In this document: one piece after another, positions 9,025 to 19,285 of the stretch
Numbering within the stretch: the first letter of the stretch is position 1
How the letters are laid out: each line of letters starts with the position of its first letter
Assembly: GCA_963828735.1 (NCBI GenBank)
Contig: CAWHFW010000002.1
Span: 896,001-960,000, forward strand
Source: an uncultured Gemmatimonadales bacterium
Lineage (GTDB): Bacteria > Gemmatimonadota > Gemmatimonadetes > Gemmatimonadales > GWC2-71-9
Direction: 5' to 3'
DNA: 64,000 bases
The notes under the pieces: generated by a model
The model's input: the letters and a program-made list of their open reading frames with translations, nothing else
What the model was told of the DNA's origin: nothing
Database searches by the model: none
Translations under genes and position numbers: made by a program

Positions 9025-9070
9025 CCCCGCCCAATTACATTCCGGTGAACCTCCAACGGAGTCCCTCACG

Positions 9071-9487
9071 ATGCATTCGTACCCGATCCTCGGCGCCCTC
9101 GTCCTGCTCGGCGCCTGCGGCCCCGGCTCGCTCCCCATCGCGCTCACGGCCTCGCCGTCGGCCAGCCCGCCGGACGCGATGGCGTGTGCGCGGGCGAAGC
9201 TGGATACGCTCGGGTATACCCCGACGTCGTTCAATAAAGACGATCTACTGCTGAACGCCCGCAGGATCGACAACGATGTCCATCGTGCAAACCCCAGATA
9301 CCGCCACAATATCGACCGCGTCGAGGTGCAGGCGACACCCGGCGCTGACGGAAAGACGAGCCTCGCCGTCACCGGGCGCACGTACGCTGAATTCTCGACG
9401 GAGCGCGGCCCGACCGAGGAGGAGGAGTCGGCGTCGAAGGCCGTTCGGGAGACCGCCCAAGCCCTGGTCGACGCCTGCGGGCGTTGA
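9071..9487 (+). CDS. Hypothetical lipoprotein
   Basis: GGAG RBS; lipobox LLGAC; typical codon usage. Confidence 0.7.
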   Translation: MHSYPILGALVLLGACGPGSLPIALTASPSASPPDAMACARAKLDTLGYTPTSFNKDDLLLNARRIDNDVHRANPRYRHNIDRVEVQATPGADGKTSLAVTGRTYAEFSTERGPTEEEESASKAVRETAQALVDACGR

Positions 9488-9616
9488 CCCCGAACTTCAC
9501 CCCTCCGGTTCAAGCACCTCCGATACGCCACCGGTCGCGCGGCCGGCTGGTGGCCTCTCCTTCCGGAGCCGACTAGCTTTCCAGCGGCCTCCACTCGAAT
9601 CATCCGTCGCAGGAGC

Positions 9617-10600
9617 GTGGTAGTGCCGGTTTCGCTCATACAACTGACGCGCTCGTCGGACGCGGCCGGCGCGGCGGCGCCTCGCAAGCCGGGCTGGCTC
9701 AAGGTGAAGGCGCCCGGCGGTCCCAACTACGTGCACCTGAAGGGCCTGATGCGCGAGCTCGGGCTCCATACCGTGTGCGAAGAGGCCCGTTGTCCCAACA
9801 TCGGCGAATGCTGGGAGCACAAGGCCGCCACGTTCATGATCCTGGGCGACGTCTGCACCCGGAACTGCACCTACTGCGCCGTAGCGCACGGAACCCCGAC
9901 AGCGTTCGATCCGCTCGAGCCGGTACGACTCGCGGAGGCGGTCGAGCGGATGGGGCTGGCCCACGTGGTGATCACTTCGGTCGACCGTGACGACCTGCCG
10001 AATGGCGGCGCTGAAGCGTTCGCCAGCTGCATCACGGAGATCAAGCGCCGCCTGCCCGACACCTCGGTCGAAGTCCTGATCCCCGACTTCAAGGGCTCCG
10101 AGCGGGCGCTTCGGATCGTGATGGACGCCCGGCCCGACATTCTCAATCACAACCTGGAAACGGCGGAACGCCTGTACCGGCTGGCCCGGCCGGGCGGGCG
10201 CTACGACCGCGCCCTGGCCTTGCTGGCCAACGCGCGCCGCATGGACGCCACCGGCCTGACCAAGAGCGGCATCATCCTCGGCATGGGTGAGGAGTGGGAC
10301 GAGGTGCTGGTCTGCATGCGCGACCTGCGCCGCAGCGACGTAAACATCCTCACGCTGGGTCAGTACCTTCGCCCCTCCGGAAGCCATCTGCCCGTCGCGC
10401 GATACTACACCCCCGAAGAATTCGCGGAGCTGCGGGAGCTCGGATTCGCCATGGGATTCGCGCACGTCCAGGCGAGCCCGCTGACCCGCTCGTCGTACCA
10501 CGCGTGGGAGCAGGTCGCGGCCGCGACGGGCGGCGAGGCTGTCGCCCTCGCCGCCTCGGCGGGGGAATCGGCCACCGGATCGTTCGTGGAGGCGCGCTGA
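9617..10600 (+). CDS. lipA: Lipoyl synthase
   Basis: CEEARCPNIGEC and CTRNCTYC clusters; RSSYHA. Confidence 0.97.
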   Translation: MVVPVSLIQLTRSSDAAGAAAPRKPGWLKVKAPGGPNYVHLKGLMRELGLHTVCEEARCPNIGECWEHKAATFMILGDVCTRNCTYCAVAHGTPTAFDPLEPVRLAEAVERMGLAHVVITSVDRDDLPNGGAEAFASCITEIKRRLPDTSVEVLIPDFKGSERALRIVMDARPDILNHNLETAERLYRLARPGGRYDRALALLANARRMDATGLTKSGIILGMGEEWDEVLVCMRDLRRSDVNILTLGQYLRPSGSHLPVARYYTPEEFAELRELGFAMGFAHVQASPLTRSSYHAWEQVAAATGGEAVALAASAGESATGSFVEAR

Positions 10601-11619
10601 TGGCGGGCACGGCGACACCCCGGACCACCTCCCGGCGGCGCGGTCTCGATCCCGCCCGGGTGGACGAGTACCGCAGCTGGCTCCGGCAGATGGTGCTCAT
10701 CCGCCGTTTCGAGGAAAAGGCCGGCGAGGCCTACAGCCTCGGGAAGATCGGCGGCTTCTGCCATCTGTACATCGGGCAGGAGGCTGTCGCCGTCGGCAGT
10801 CTCGCCGCGCTGCGGACGGACGACTACATCACCTGCTCGTATCGCGAGCACGGACACGCTCTGGCGCGGGGCATCAGCTCACGCGCCGTGATGGCCGAGC
10901 TGTTCGGCAAGGCCGCGGGGTGCAGCGGAGGGAAGGGCGGCTCGATGCACCTGTTCGACGCCTCACTCGGCTTCCTCGGCGGTCACGGCATCGTGGGCGG
11001 CCACATTCCGCTCACGACCGGGATGGCCTTCGCCGCGAAGTACCGCAACACCGATCAGGTCGCTGTCTGCTACTTCGGCGAAGCAGCCGTCAACAACGGC
11101 GCCTTCCACGAAGCGCTCAACATGGCGGCGCTCTGGAAGCTGCCCGCGATCTACATCTGCGAAAACAACCGCTACGGCATGGGCACCGCCCTCGAGCGCG
11201 CCAGCGCCATCTACGACATCTCCGAGCGCGCCTGCTCGTACGACATGGCGAACGAAGTCGTGGATGGCCAGGACGTGCTGGTGATGTACGCCGCGATGGA
11301 GCGCGCGGTGGAGCGGGCCCGCAAGGACAAGCACCCGACGCTGCTCGAGGTCCGCACCTACCGGTTCATGGGCCACTCGATGTCCGATCCGATCCACGGA
11401 CACTACCGGACCCGGGAAGAGGTCGAAGATCAGCGGAAGCGCGATCCGATCGCGGTCTGGTCGCAGCGGCTCGTCGAGGACGGCCTGATGGACCAGGCGG
11501 CGGTGAAGGCGGTTGACGCGTCCGTCATGGAAGAGGTGGACGACGCCTACAAGTTCGCCGAGGAGGCGCCGGATCCGGACGAAGGCGAGCTGTACAGGGA
11601 CGTGTATGCGGGATCGTGA
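10600..11619 (+). CDS. pdhA: Pyruvate dehydrogenase E1 alpha
   Basis: GKIGGFCHLYIGQEA, GKGGSMH, FGEAA..N TPP motif, YRFMGHSMSD. Confidence 0.96.
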   Translation: MAGTATPRTTSRRRGLDPARVDEYRSWLRQMVLIRRFEEKAGEAYSLGKIGGFCHLYIGQEAVAVGSLAALRTDDYITCSYREHGHALARGISSRAVMAELFGKAAGCSGGKGGSMHLFDASLGFLGGHGIVGGHIPLTTGMAFAAKYRNTDQVAVCYFGEAAVNNGAFHEALNMAALWKLPAIYICENNRYGMGTALERASAIYDISERACSYDMANEVVDGQDVLVMYAAMERAVERARKDKHPTLLEVRTYRFMGHSMSDPIHGHYRTREEVEDQRKRDPIAVWSQRLVEDGLMDQAAVKAVDASVMEEVDDAYKFAEEAPDPDEGELYRDVYAGS

Positions 11620-11652
11620 GGCTCGGGTGACGAGCCGTCGCCAGGGAGCGCC

Positions 11653-12633
11653 ATGCCAACACTGACGTACCGGGACGCCCTCAACCAGGCGCTTCGCGAG
11701 GAGATGCAGCGCGATGGGGACGTGTTCCTCATGGGCGAGGAAGTCGGGGTCTATCAGGGCGCCTACAAGGTGAGCCGGGGCTTGCTCGACGAATTCGGAC
11801 CGATGCGCGTCGTGGACACGCCCATCACGGAGCTCGGCTTCGCGGGCGTGGGCGTCGGGGCGGCGATGGTCGGCCTCCGCCCCGTCATCGAATTCATGAC
11901 CTGGAACTTCGCTCTCCTCGCCATCGACCAACTGGTGAACTCGGCCGCCAAGATGCGCTACATGTCGGCTGGTCAGGTGGGCGTCCCGGCCGTTTTCCGC
12001 GGACCCGGCGGCGCCGCTCTGCAGCTCGGCGCGCAACATTCCCAGGCGTTCGAGAGCTTTTACGCCCACATCCCCGGGCTCAAGGTCGTCACGCCGGCCA
12101 CGCCTGCCGACGCCAAGGGCCTGCTCAAGAGCGCGATCCGCGATGACAACCCCGTCGTTTTCATCGAGGGCGAGATGCTCTACAACGTGAAAGGCGACGT
12201 ACCGGACGGCGAGCACATCGTGCCGCTCGGCCAGGCGGAAGTGAAGCGCGCCGGCGGGGACGTCACCATCATCTGCCACTCGAAGACGGTGTCGGTCGCC
12301 CTCAAGGCGGCCGAGCAGCTCGCCGGGGAAGAGGTCGAGGCCGAGGTGCTCGACCTGCGCACGATCCGCCCGCTGGACACGGAGGCGGTGCTCAATTCCG
12401 TGGCGAAGACCCATCGCTGCGTCGTCGCCGAGGAAGGGTGGCCCTTCGCGGGGGTGGGCGCGCAGGTGGTGGACACGATCCAGCGGGAGGCGTTCGACGA
12501 GCTCGACGCCCCGGTGCTACGGGTGACCGGCGCCGATGTCCCGATGCCATACAACAAGCACCTCGAGAAGGCCGCGAAGGTCGATCCCGCCAAGGTGATC
12601 GCCGCGGTGCACTCGGTGCTGTACCGCGACTGA
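11653..12633 (+). CDS. pdhB: Pyruvate dehydrogenase E1 beta
   Basis: DTPITELGFAG, EFMTWNF, GAQHSQ. Confidence 0.96.
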   Translation: MPTLTYRDALNQALREEMQRDGDVFLMGEEVGVYQGAYKVSRGLLDEFGPMRVVDTPITELGFAGVGVGAAMVGLRPVIEFMTWNFALLAIDQLVNSAAKMRYMSAGQVGVPAVFRGPGGAALQLGAQHSQAFESFYAHIPGLKVVTPATPADAKGLLKSAIRDDNPVVFIEGEMLYNVKGDVPDGEHIVPLGQAEVKRAGGDVTIICHSKTVSVALKAAEQLAGEEVEAEVLDLRTIRPLDTEAVLNSVAKTHRCVVAEEGWPFAGVGAQVVDTIQREAFDELDAPVLRVTGADVPMPYNKHLEKAAKVDPAKVIAAVHSVLYRD

Positions 12634-12636
12634 GCA

Positions 12637-13923
12637 ATGGCTACCAAGGTCGTCATGGAGGCGCTCTCCCCGACGATGGAAGAGGGGCGCCTCGTCGAGT
12701 GGAAGAAGGGTGAGGGCGAGCCCGTCGCCGTCGGCGACGTGCTGGCCGAGGTGGAGACCGACAAGGCGGTCATGGAGCTCGTGGCCCGCGCGGGCGGCAC
12801 ACTGCTCAAGCAGGTCGTGCCCGCCGGGACCACGGTGCCGGTCTCCCAGCTGGTGGCCCTGATCGGCGAGCCCGGCGAATCGGTGGAGAATGGCAAGCCG
12901 GCGGTACCGGAACAGCCCGCCTCGCCGGCGCCCGAGCGAGCCCGGGCAGCCGGTCGCTCTGCCTCGGAGGCTCCGGCGGCCGCCCGCCCAGTCCAGGCGA
13001 CGCCCGCGGTCCCGGCCGCCGTCATGGCACCCACGGGGCACCGGGTCAAGGCGTCCCCCCTCGCGCGCCGAATGGCGGCCGAACGAGGAATCGACCTCGG
13101 CGCCGTCGCGGGGTCCGGACCAGAGGGCCGCATCGTCCTGCGCGACCTGGAGGGAGGCGCGGCACCCGCCCGCGCACCCGCGGGCGCCCCGACGGCGCCG
13201 GCGCCCGCCCCGCGCCCCACCCTCCGTTCCTCGGATGGCGCCGCATACACCGACGTTCCGCTCACGCAGCTTCGCAAGACGATCGCCAAGCGGCTCGTCC
13301 AGTCGATCGGGCCCATTCCGACCTTCTACCTCACGACCGAGGTGGACATGGAGCGGGCCTGGGAGGCACGTGAGGCGCTCAAGGGGATGGGCGACGGGCC
13401 CAAGGTCTCCTTCAACGACATCATCATCAAGGCCGTGGCCACCGCGCTCCGCCAGCACCCGGCCTGCAACGCCTGGTGGCAGGACGATCGGATCCGGTAC
13501 TGGCACGAGGTTCACGTCAGCATGGCGGTTGCGATCGAGGACGGGCTTATCACGCCCGTCATTCGCAACACCGACCTCAAGTCGCTCCGCGAGATCTCGG
13601 CGGAGGCGCACGATCTGGCCGGCCGGGCCCGCGAGCGGCGGCTGGCGCCCGACGAGTATACCGGCGGCACGTTCTCGGTCTCGAACCTCGGCATGCTGGA
13701 CATCGACGAGTTCACGGCCGTCATCAATCCCCCCGAAGCCGGGATCCTTGCCGTCGGACGGATTGTTCAGAAGCCGGTGGCGCACGACGGGCAGCTCGCG
13801 TTGCGCCGGCGGCTCCGGCTCACGATGTCGTGCGATCACCGCGTGATCGACGGCGCGACCGGGGCGCAGTTTCTGAAGACGCTGAAGGCGATGCTGGAAA
13901 ACCCGCTGGCGCTGGTGTGGTAG
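12637..13923 (+). CDS. pdhC: Dihydrolipoamide acetyltransferase (E2)
   Basis: Lipoyl domain ETDKAVME, E3-binding ASPLARR..GSGPEGRI, catalytic DHRVIDG. Confidence 0.96.
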   Translation: MATKVVMEALSPTMEEGRLVEWKKGEGEPVAVGDVLAEVETDKAVMELVARAGGTLLKQVVPAGTTVPVSQLVALIGEPGESVENGKPAVPEQPASPAPERARAAGRSASEAPAAARPVQATPAVPAAVMAPTGHRVKASPLARRMAAERGIDLGAVAGSGPEGRIVLRDLEGGAAPARAPAGAPTAPAPAPRPTLRSSDGAAYTDVPLTQLRKTIAKRLVQSIGPIPTFYLTTEVDMERAWEAREALKGMGDGPKVSFNDIIIKAVATALRQHPACNAWWQDDRIRYWHEVHVSMAVAIEDGLITPVIRNTDLKSLREISAEAHDLAGRARERRLAPDEYTGGTFSVSNLGMLDIDEFTAVINPPEAGILAVGRIVQKPVAHDGQLALRRRLRLTMSCDHRVIDGATGAQFLKTLKAMLENPLALVW

Positions 13924-13981
13924 TCCCCATGACCGCGAGCGAGCGGCGCCGGCTCGGCACAACTTCCTAACGAGGGCATCT

Positions 13982-15379
13982 GTGGCGACCCAGTTCGACG
14001 TCATCATCATCGGCGGAGGACCCGCCGGCTACGTCTGCGCGATTCGCGCGGCCCAGCTCGGCCTGGCCACCGCGGTCGTCGAGCGAGACAAGCTCGGCGG
14101 CGTGTGCGTCAACATCGGGTGCATCCCGACGAAGGCGCTGCTGCACAGCGCCTACGTGGCGAACCTGGTGGCGCACGGCGCCAAGGAGCTCGGTGTCGAG
14201 GTGAGCGGCGCCAAGACCGACTACGGGGTCGCCATGCGCCGGTCCCGCAAGGTGAGCGAGCAGAACTCGAAGGGCGTCGAGTTCCTGATGAAGAAGCACA
14301 AGGTGACGGTCATCAGGGGGTCGGGTGTCCTCGGGAAAAACCGCACCGTCAAGGTCGGCGCCGACGAGTACCAGGCGCGCAAGGCCGTCGTGATCGCGAC
14401 CGGCTCGCGGGTCAAGGGCATTCCGCAGATCGGCCTGGAGATCAACAAGACGACCGTGATCAGCTCCGACGAGGCGCTGTTCCTGGAGCAGGTCCCGACG
14501 TCGCTCGCGGTGATCGGCGCCGGCGCCGTCGGGTGCGAGTTCGCCGACATCTTCAACGCCTTCGGCTCCAAAGTCACGCTCTTCGAAGCGCTGCCGCGCA
14601 TTCTACCGCTGGAAGACGCCGAGGCCTCGGACGCGCTGGCCAAGAGCTACAAGAAGCGAGGCCTCACGACCGTGGCAGGCGCCAAGGTCACGAAGGCCAC
14701 CGTCGCCGCCGACAAGGTGACCCTCGAGTACGAGGCCGGGGGCAAGAAGGAGACGCTCGAGGTCGAGAAGGTGCTGATGGCGGCCGGCCGCGCGGTGAAC
14801 ACGGAATCCATGGGGTTGCAGGAAGCCGGGGTCCAGCTCGACCAGCGCGGGTTCGTGAAGGTCAACCTCGAGACCCTCGAGACGACGGCCCCCGGCATCT
14901 ACTGCATCGGCGACGTCGCGGGTCCGCCCATGCTCGCGCACAAGGGCAGCCGGGAGGGCGTCGTCGTCGCCGAGCGGATCGCGGGGCAGCATCCGCACGC
15001 CATCCGCTACGACAACGTCCCCAGCGTCACGTACTGCCATCCCGAGGTGGCGAGCATCGGCCTGACGGAAGATCAGGCCAAGGAACGGAAGCTGGACTAC
15101 CAGGTCGGACGCTTCCCCTTCAGCGCCAACGGACGCGCACGGAGCACCAACGAGACCGAAGGGTTCGTGAAGATCATCCGCGACAAGAAGTACGGCGAGA
15201 TCCTGGGGGCGCACATCGTGGGCAGCCACGCGTCGGAGTTGATCCACGAGCTGGCCGTCGCCCGCGAGAACGAGTACACCGTCGAGGAAGTGGATCTCGC
15301 CATCCACGCGCACCCGACCCTCTCGGAGGCGATCGCCGAGGCGGCGCTCGACTCGATGGGCCGGGTCATTCACATCTGA
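13982..15379 (+). CDS. lpdA: Dihydrolipoamide dehydrogenase (E3)
   Basis: GGGPAGY, GGVCVNIGCIPTK, HAHPTLSE. Confidence 0.97.
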   Translation: MATQFDVIIIGGGPAGYVCAIRAAQLGLATAVVERDKLGGVCVNIGCIPTKALLHSAYVANLVAHGAKELGVEVSGAKTDYGVAMRRSRKVSEQNSKGVEFLMKKHKVTVIRGSGVLGKNRTVKVGADEYQARKAVVIATGSRVKGIPQIGLEINKTTVISSDEALFLEQVPTSLAVIGAGAVGCEFADIFNAFGSKVTLFEALPRILPLEDAEASDALAKSYKKRGLTTVAGAKVTKATVAADKVTLEYEAGGKKETLEVEKVLMAAGRAVNTESMGLQEAGVQLDQRGFVKVNLETLETTAPGIYCIGDVAGPPMLAHKGSREGVVVAERIAGQHPHAIRYDNVPSVTYCHPEVASIGLTEDQAKERKLDYQVGRFPFSANGRARSTNETEGFVKIIRDKKYGEILGAHIVGSHASELIHELAVARENEYTVEEVDLAIHAHPTLSEAIAEAALDSMGRVIHI

Positions 15380-15381
15380 CC

Positions 15382-15783
15382 GTGGACCCCATCCGCCTCG
15401 CCTTGCTGGCGATGGGGTCCGGCATGGGTTTCGGTCTCACCGTCGTGAGCCTCACGGTCCTGGGCGTGGACCTGCTCCGGCCGGCCACGCCGGGACCCGC
15501 GGTCGCCGCCGGGCCAGTCTTCTACCTGCTCGTCTACGGCACGCTCGCCGGCCTCGTGCTGGCGGGCCTCGTCGCGTGGCGCCTCCTCGCGCCCGTCCCC
15601 TCCACCTACCGGCGGGGCGGCCTCAGCGTGGTCACCGCGTTCGCCACCGTGCTCCCGATGCTGCTCTGCATGGTCGCGAACCAGGTCGCCGGTCGCGCCG
15701 GGCTCGTGACGCTGGCCGCGGCGGCGCTCATGCTCGCCCTCCTGCTGGCCGCCCTCGCGCGCCGGGCGGGAGCGAGCGCGTGA
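15382..15783 (+). CDS. Hypothetical integral membrane protein (~4 TM)
   Basis: Hydrophobic frame filling the lpdA-lipB gap exactly; its stop overlaps the lipB GTG. Confidence 0.7.
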   Translation: MDPIRLALLAMGSGMGFGLTVVSLTVLGVDLLRPATPGPAVAAGPVFYLLVYGTLAGLVLAGLVAWRLLAPVPSTYRRGGLSVVTAFATVLPMLLCMVANQVAGRAGLVTLAAAALMLALLLAALARRAGASA

Positions 15784-16478
15784 GCCGCCGCCTCCTCATC
15801 GCCGAGCTCGGACGGCGTCCGTACGCCGACGTGCTCGACCTGCAGCGGGCCCTCTGTCGCGAGCGCATGGCGGGTGAGCGCCAGGACGACGTGCTGCTGC
15901 TCGTCGAGCACGAGCCGGTGGTCACGCTGGGTCGCGGCACGCGGCCGAGCAGCCTGCCGATCCCGGCGCCGATGCTCGCCGAACGTGGCGTGCCGGTGGT
16001 GGAAGTCGAGCGCGGCGGGGACGTGACCTACCATGGCCCGGGGCAGCTCGTCGGCTACCCGGTGCTGCAGCTCAGGGAGCATCGCGAGGACCTGCATTGG
16101 TATCTCCGGCAGCTCGAGGCGGTGGCCATCGAGGCGCTCGCGGCACTGGGCGTTTCCGCGGAGCGCAATCCCGGCCTTACCGGCGTGTGGACCCGTGGTC
16201 GCAAGATCGCGAGCATCGGCATTCACGTGAAGCAATGGGTGACGTTTCACGGCTTCGCCCTCAACGTGAGCACGGACCTCAGCGGCTTCGACCTCATCGT
16301 GCCCTGCGGGATCGCTGGCGTGGTGATGACGAGCGTGGCGGCGGAGCTGGGTCGCGCCGATCCGCCGGCGCTCTGGACGGCGGCCAGCCATGCCGTCGTC
16401 AAGTCGTTTACCCGCGCGTTCGGCTACGAGGCAACCGAGCCCGTGACGGTCGGCGAGCTCGAGGCGAAGCCCGCATGA
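15780..16478 (+). CDS. lipB: Lipoyl(octanoyl) transferase
   Basis: LLVEHEPVVTLG, RGGDVTYHGPGQLVGYP, KIASIG, HGFALNV, IVPCG. Confidence 0.96.
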   Translation: MSRRLLIAELGRRPYADVLDLQRALCRERMAGERQDDVLLLVEHEPVVTLGRGTRPSSLPIPAPMLAERGVPVVEVERGGDVTYHGPGQLVGYPVLQLREHREDLHWYLRQLEAVAIEALAALGVSAERNPGLTGVWTRGRKIASIGIHVKQWVTFHGFALNVSTDLSGFDLIVPCGIAGVVMTSVAAELGRADPPALWTAASHAVVKSFTRAFGYEATEPVTVGELEAKPA

Positions 16479-16520
16479 GCCCAGGTCCGCCCATCGCACC
16501 GAGCCGGGAGTACGCGGCCG

Positions 16521-17144
16521 ATGACTGATCGCGTCGATCTCCGCGACACCGGCAGCCCGCGTCTACCGCCCGGCCAGATCATCACCCGGAAATGGCCGGT
16601 GCTGCACTACGGCACCGTGCCCTCGGTCGACCTCAGCGCCTGGCGATTCGAGGTGAGCGGCGCGGTGGAGCGCCCACTCTCCCTCACGTGGGACGAGCTC
16701 ATGGCGATTCCCCGGCGCGAGACCGTCTGCGACATCCACTGCGTCACGCGCTGGAGCCGGTACGACAACACGTTCGAGGGCGTGCCGGTGCAGGCGGTCC
16801 TCGAGCGCGCTGGCGTCAGGCCGGAGGCCGCGTTCGTCCTCGTCCACGCGGCGCAGGAGTTCACGACGAACCTGCCGCTGGCCGACCTGGATCGACCGGC
16901 CAACCTGCTCGCCCTCGCACACAACGGGGAGCCGCTGGCGCCGGAGCATGGCGGTCCAGTGCGGCTCCTGGTGCCGCATCTCTACTTCTGGAAGAGCGCG
17001 AAGTGGGTGACGGGACTACAGCTTCTGGAGGAGGACTACCCGGGCTTCTGGGAGCAGAACGGATACCACATGCGAGGCGATCCGTGGCGCGAGGAACGGT
17101 ACGGGCGGCCGGACCCGGTGCGCATGCGGCGGGGGCCACGGTGA
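16521..17144 (+). CDS. Sulfite oxidase-like molybdopterin oxidoreductase (YuiH-like)
   Basis: RLPPGQ..KWPVLH, DIHCVTRWS, HGGPVRLLVPHLYFWKSAKW, GFWEQNGYH. Confidence 0.9.
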   Translation: MTDRVDLRDTGSPRLPPGQIITRKWPVLHYGTVPSVDLSAWRFEVSGAVERPLSLTWDELMAIPRRETVCDIHCVTRWSRYDNTFEGVPVQAVLERAGVRPEAAFVLVHAAQEFTTNLPLADLDRPANLLALAHNGEPLAPEHGGPVRLLVPHLYFWKSAKWVTGLQLLEEDYPGFWEQNGYHMRGDPWREERYGRPDPVRMRRGPR

Positions 17145-17196
17145 CGTCGTTCGGCAAGCCTTGCCTTTGACGCTCAACCCGGTTTCTCTGCCTAAC

Positions 17197-17751
17197 ATGT
17201 CAGAATCGCCCCGACGTCCGTCGCCCGAGGCGCAGGCGGAACAGCGTATCAAGGACATTCTCCGCGCGGCGGATAGCTGGTCGAAGGAGGCCCCAGGGAC
17301 CCTCACGCCTGCCATCCGAGCCGTGTGCATCCGCCTGGCGGAGATGGTGGCCGACCAGCGCCACTACCTGGCGCCCCTGCCCGAGCCGCAGGAGACCGAG
17401 CGGCGCACCGTCCTCACCATCGTGGCCGATCGCCTGCGCTCGACCCCCGTCACCGAGGGGCTCACCGACCATCTGAAGGCCCTCGAGGAAATGGAGCTCC
17501 GCTCGACCGGCTCGTGGTCCATGGTCGCGTCCGCGCAGACCGAATGGATCACGACGGCGATACGCTATCTCGAGAGCTGCGCCACGAGGCTGCCGGCGGG
17601 GGAGCGGCCCGATCCGTACTGGGCCGATGACGTGGTGGCGGGCATCATCGCCTCGGCGCGCGCGCTCATCGGCGTGGACGAGCTGCATGCGCGCACCGAG
17701 GCGCGCTATTCGGGGCCTATCAAGCGGGTGACACCGGAGGAGGAGGCGTAG
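17197..17751 (+). CDS. Hypothetical helical protein
   Basis: Typical codon usage; converges on the M20 gene. Confidence 0.6.
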   Translation: MSESPRRPSPEAQAEQRIKDILRAADSWSKEAPGTLTPAIRAVCIRLAEMVADQRHYLAPLPEPQETERRTVLTIVADRLRSTPVTEGLTDHLKALEEMELRSTGSWSMVASAQTEWITTAIRYLESCATRLPAGERPDPYWADDVVAGIIASARALIGVDELHARTEARYSGPIKRVTPEEEA

Positions 17752-19120
17752 CGGCCACCCCGGCCTCGGCAAATCGTTCGAAGAAGCGTCCGAAGATCTC
17801 GATCCCGCTCCAGAGCTGAGCGAGATCGAGTTTTTCATTGGGGGAGTGGAGCCCGTCGTCCGGCAGGCCGATCCCCGTCAGCAGCACCGGCGCGCCGGTG
17901 AGGCCCAGCTCGGGGACGATCGGAATCGAGCCGCCGGCGCGCACCCGCACAGCGGGGCGGCCGGTGACGGACGCGAAGGCGGCGTCGAGCACCTGGAACG
18001 CCGGGTGGCTCACGTCCACCTGCACGGGATCCCCGCCGTGGAGCAGGTTCACGTGCACGTCGGCCCAACGCGGCGCGAGCGACGCCACGGCGCGCTCCAG
18101 CTGTTTGCCGACCTTGACGTGGGACTGGCCTGGCACCAGCCGCAGGCTGACCTTCGCGGTGGCCTGCGCGGGGATCACCGTCTTGGCCCCTTCCCCGATG
18201 AAGCCGCCCTTGATCCCGTGGATCTCGAACGTCGGCAAAGCCCAGACGCGCTCGAATACCGAGTATTCCTTGAGTCCCGTGAGCACCTGAGCGGTGACTT
18301 CGTCCCGCGCGAAGGCGGCCTTGTCGAACGGGAGATGCTTCCAGCTCTTGAGCTCGGCCTTGGACGGCGGCTCGACGGCCTTGTAGAGTTTCGGAATCTG
18401 GATGTCGCCATCGGCGTCCTTGAGCTTGGCGAGTAGGCGGACCAGGGTCTCGAGCGCGTTTGGCGCGACGCCGCCGTACGTCCCGGAATGCAGGTCTCGC
18501 TGGAGCGTGCGCACCGAGATCTCGGCGTAGCACAGGCCCCGCAACGCCGTGTAGACGGCCGGCCATCCTGGTGCGTAGTAGGACATGTCGCAGACCAGGG
18601 CCGCATCCGCGCGGGTGCGCTCCGGCTCGGCGTGCAACAGGTCCGCGATGACGTGCCCGCCGCACTCCTCCTCGCCCTCGAAGATGAACCGCACGTTGAG
18701 CGGCGGACGACGCTCGCCGTCAAGCGTGGCTTCGTAGGCCTTGAGCAGGCAGAACACCTGGCCCTTGTCGTCTGCCGCGCCGCGGGCATACAGGCGGCCG
18801 TCGCGCACGGTCGGCTCGAAGGGCGGACTGGTCCACTCCTCGAGCGGATCGGGCGGCTGCACGTCGTAGTGGCCGTAGATCAGGAGCGTCGGCCGATCGG
18901 GCACGTGCGGGCTCTCCGCCCACACGACCGGATGGCCGTTTCCTTCGACGAGCTGGACGGTGGGGCACCCCAGGCTGCCGAGCTCGTCGCGCAGCCACTC
19001 CGCCGCGCGCCGGCAATCGGCGGCGTGGCTCGGGAGGGCGCTCACACTAGGAATCGACAGGAAGCTGGAGAGCTCGCCCAGCAGGCGGCTCTGCTCGCGG
19101 GCTACGAAGCTGGTATCCAT
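17720..19120 (-). CDS. M20 family dipeptidase
   Basis: YGHYDVQP, ARGAADDKGQ, EGEEE, DLHSG, GGSIP, HSPNE. Confidence 0.93.
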   Translation of the reverse strand: MDTSFVAREQSRLLGELSSFLSIPSVSALPSHAADCRRAAEWLRDELGSLGCPTVQLVEGNGHPVVWAESPHVPDRPTLLIYGHYDVQPPDPLEEWTSPPFEPTVRDGRLYARGAADDKGQVFCLLKAYEATLDGERRPPLNVRFIFEGEEECGGHVIADLLHAEPERTRADAALVCDMSYYAPGWPAVYTALRGLCYAEISVRTLQRDLHSGTYGGVAPNALETLVRLLAKLKDADGDIQIPKLYKAVEPPSKAELKSWKHLPFDKAAFARDEVTAQVLTGLKEYSVFERVWALPTFEIHGIKGGFIGEGAKTVIPAQATAKVSLRLVPGQSHVKVGKQLERAVASLAPRWADVHVNLLHGGDPVQVDVSHPAFQVLDAAFASVTGRPAVRVRAGGSIPIVPELGLTGAPVLLTGIGLPDDGLHSPNEKLDLAQLWSGIEIFGRFFERFAEAGVAATPPPPVSPA

Positions 19121-19285
19121 GGCCGAGAAAACTACACCGGATAAAAGACCGCGCGAGGGCCGGTGACCTGTCTCACCGACCTCCACCTGCCCGCGCGCCT
19201 ACCCTCCCGGGACCACGATTTCGGAATGCGGGTCGGCACGCGAGGGCGGTCGTTGCCGCGCTCCAGCACAAGGGTTGGAGGAAGG

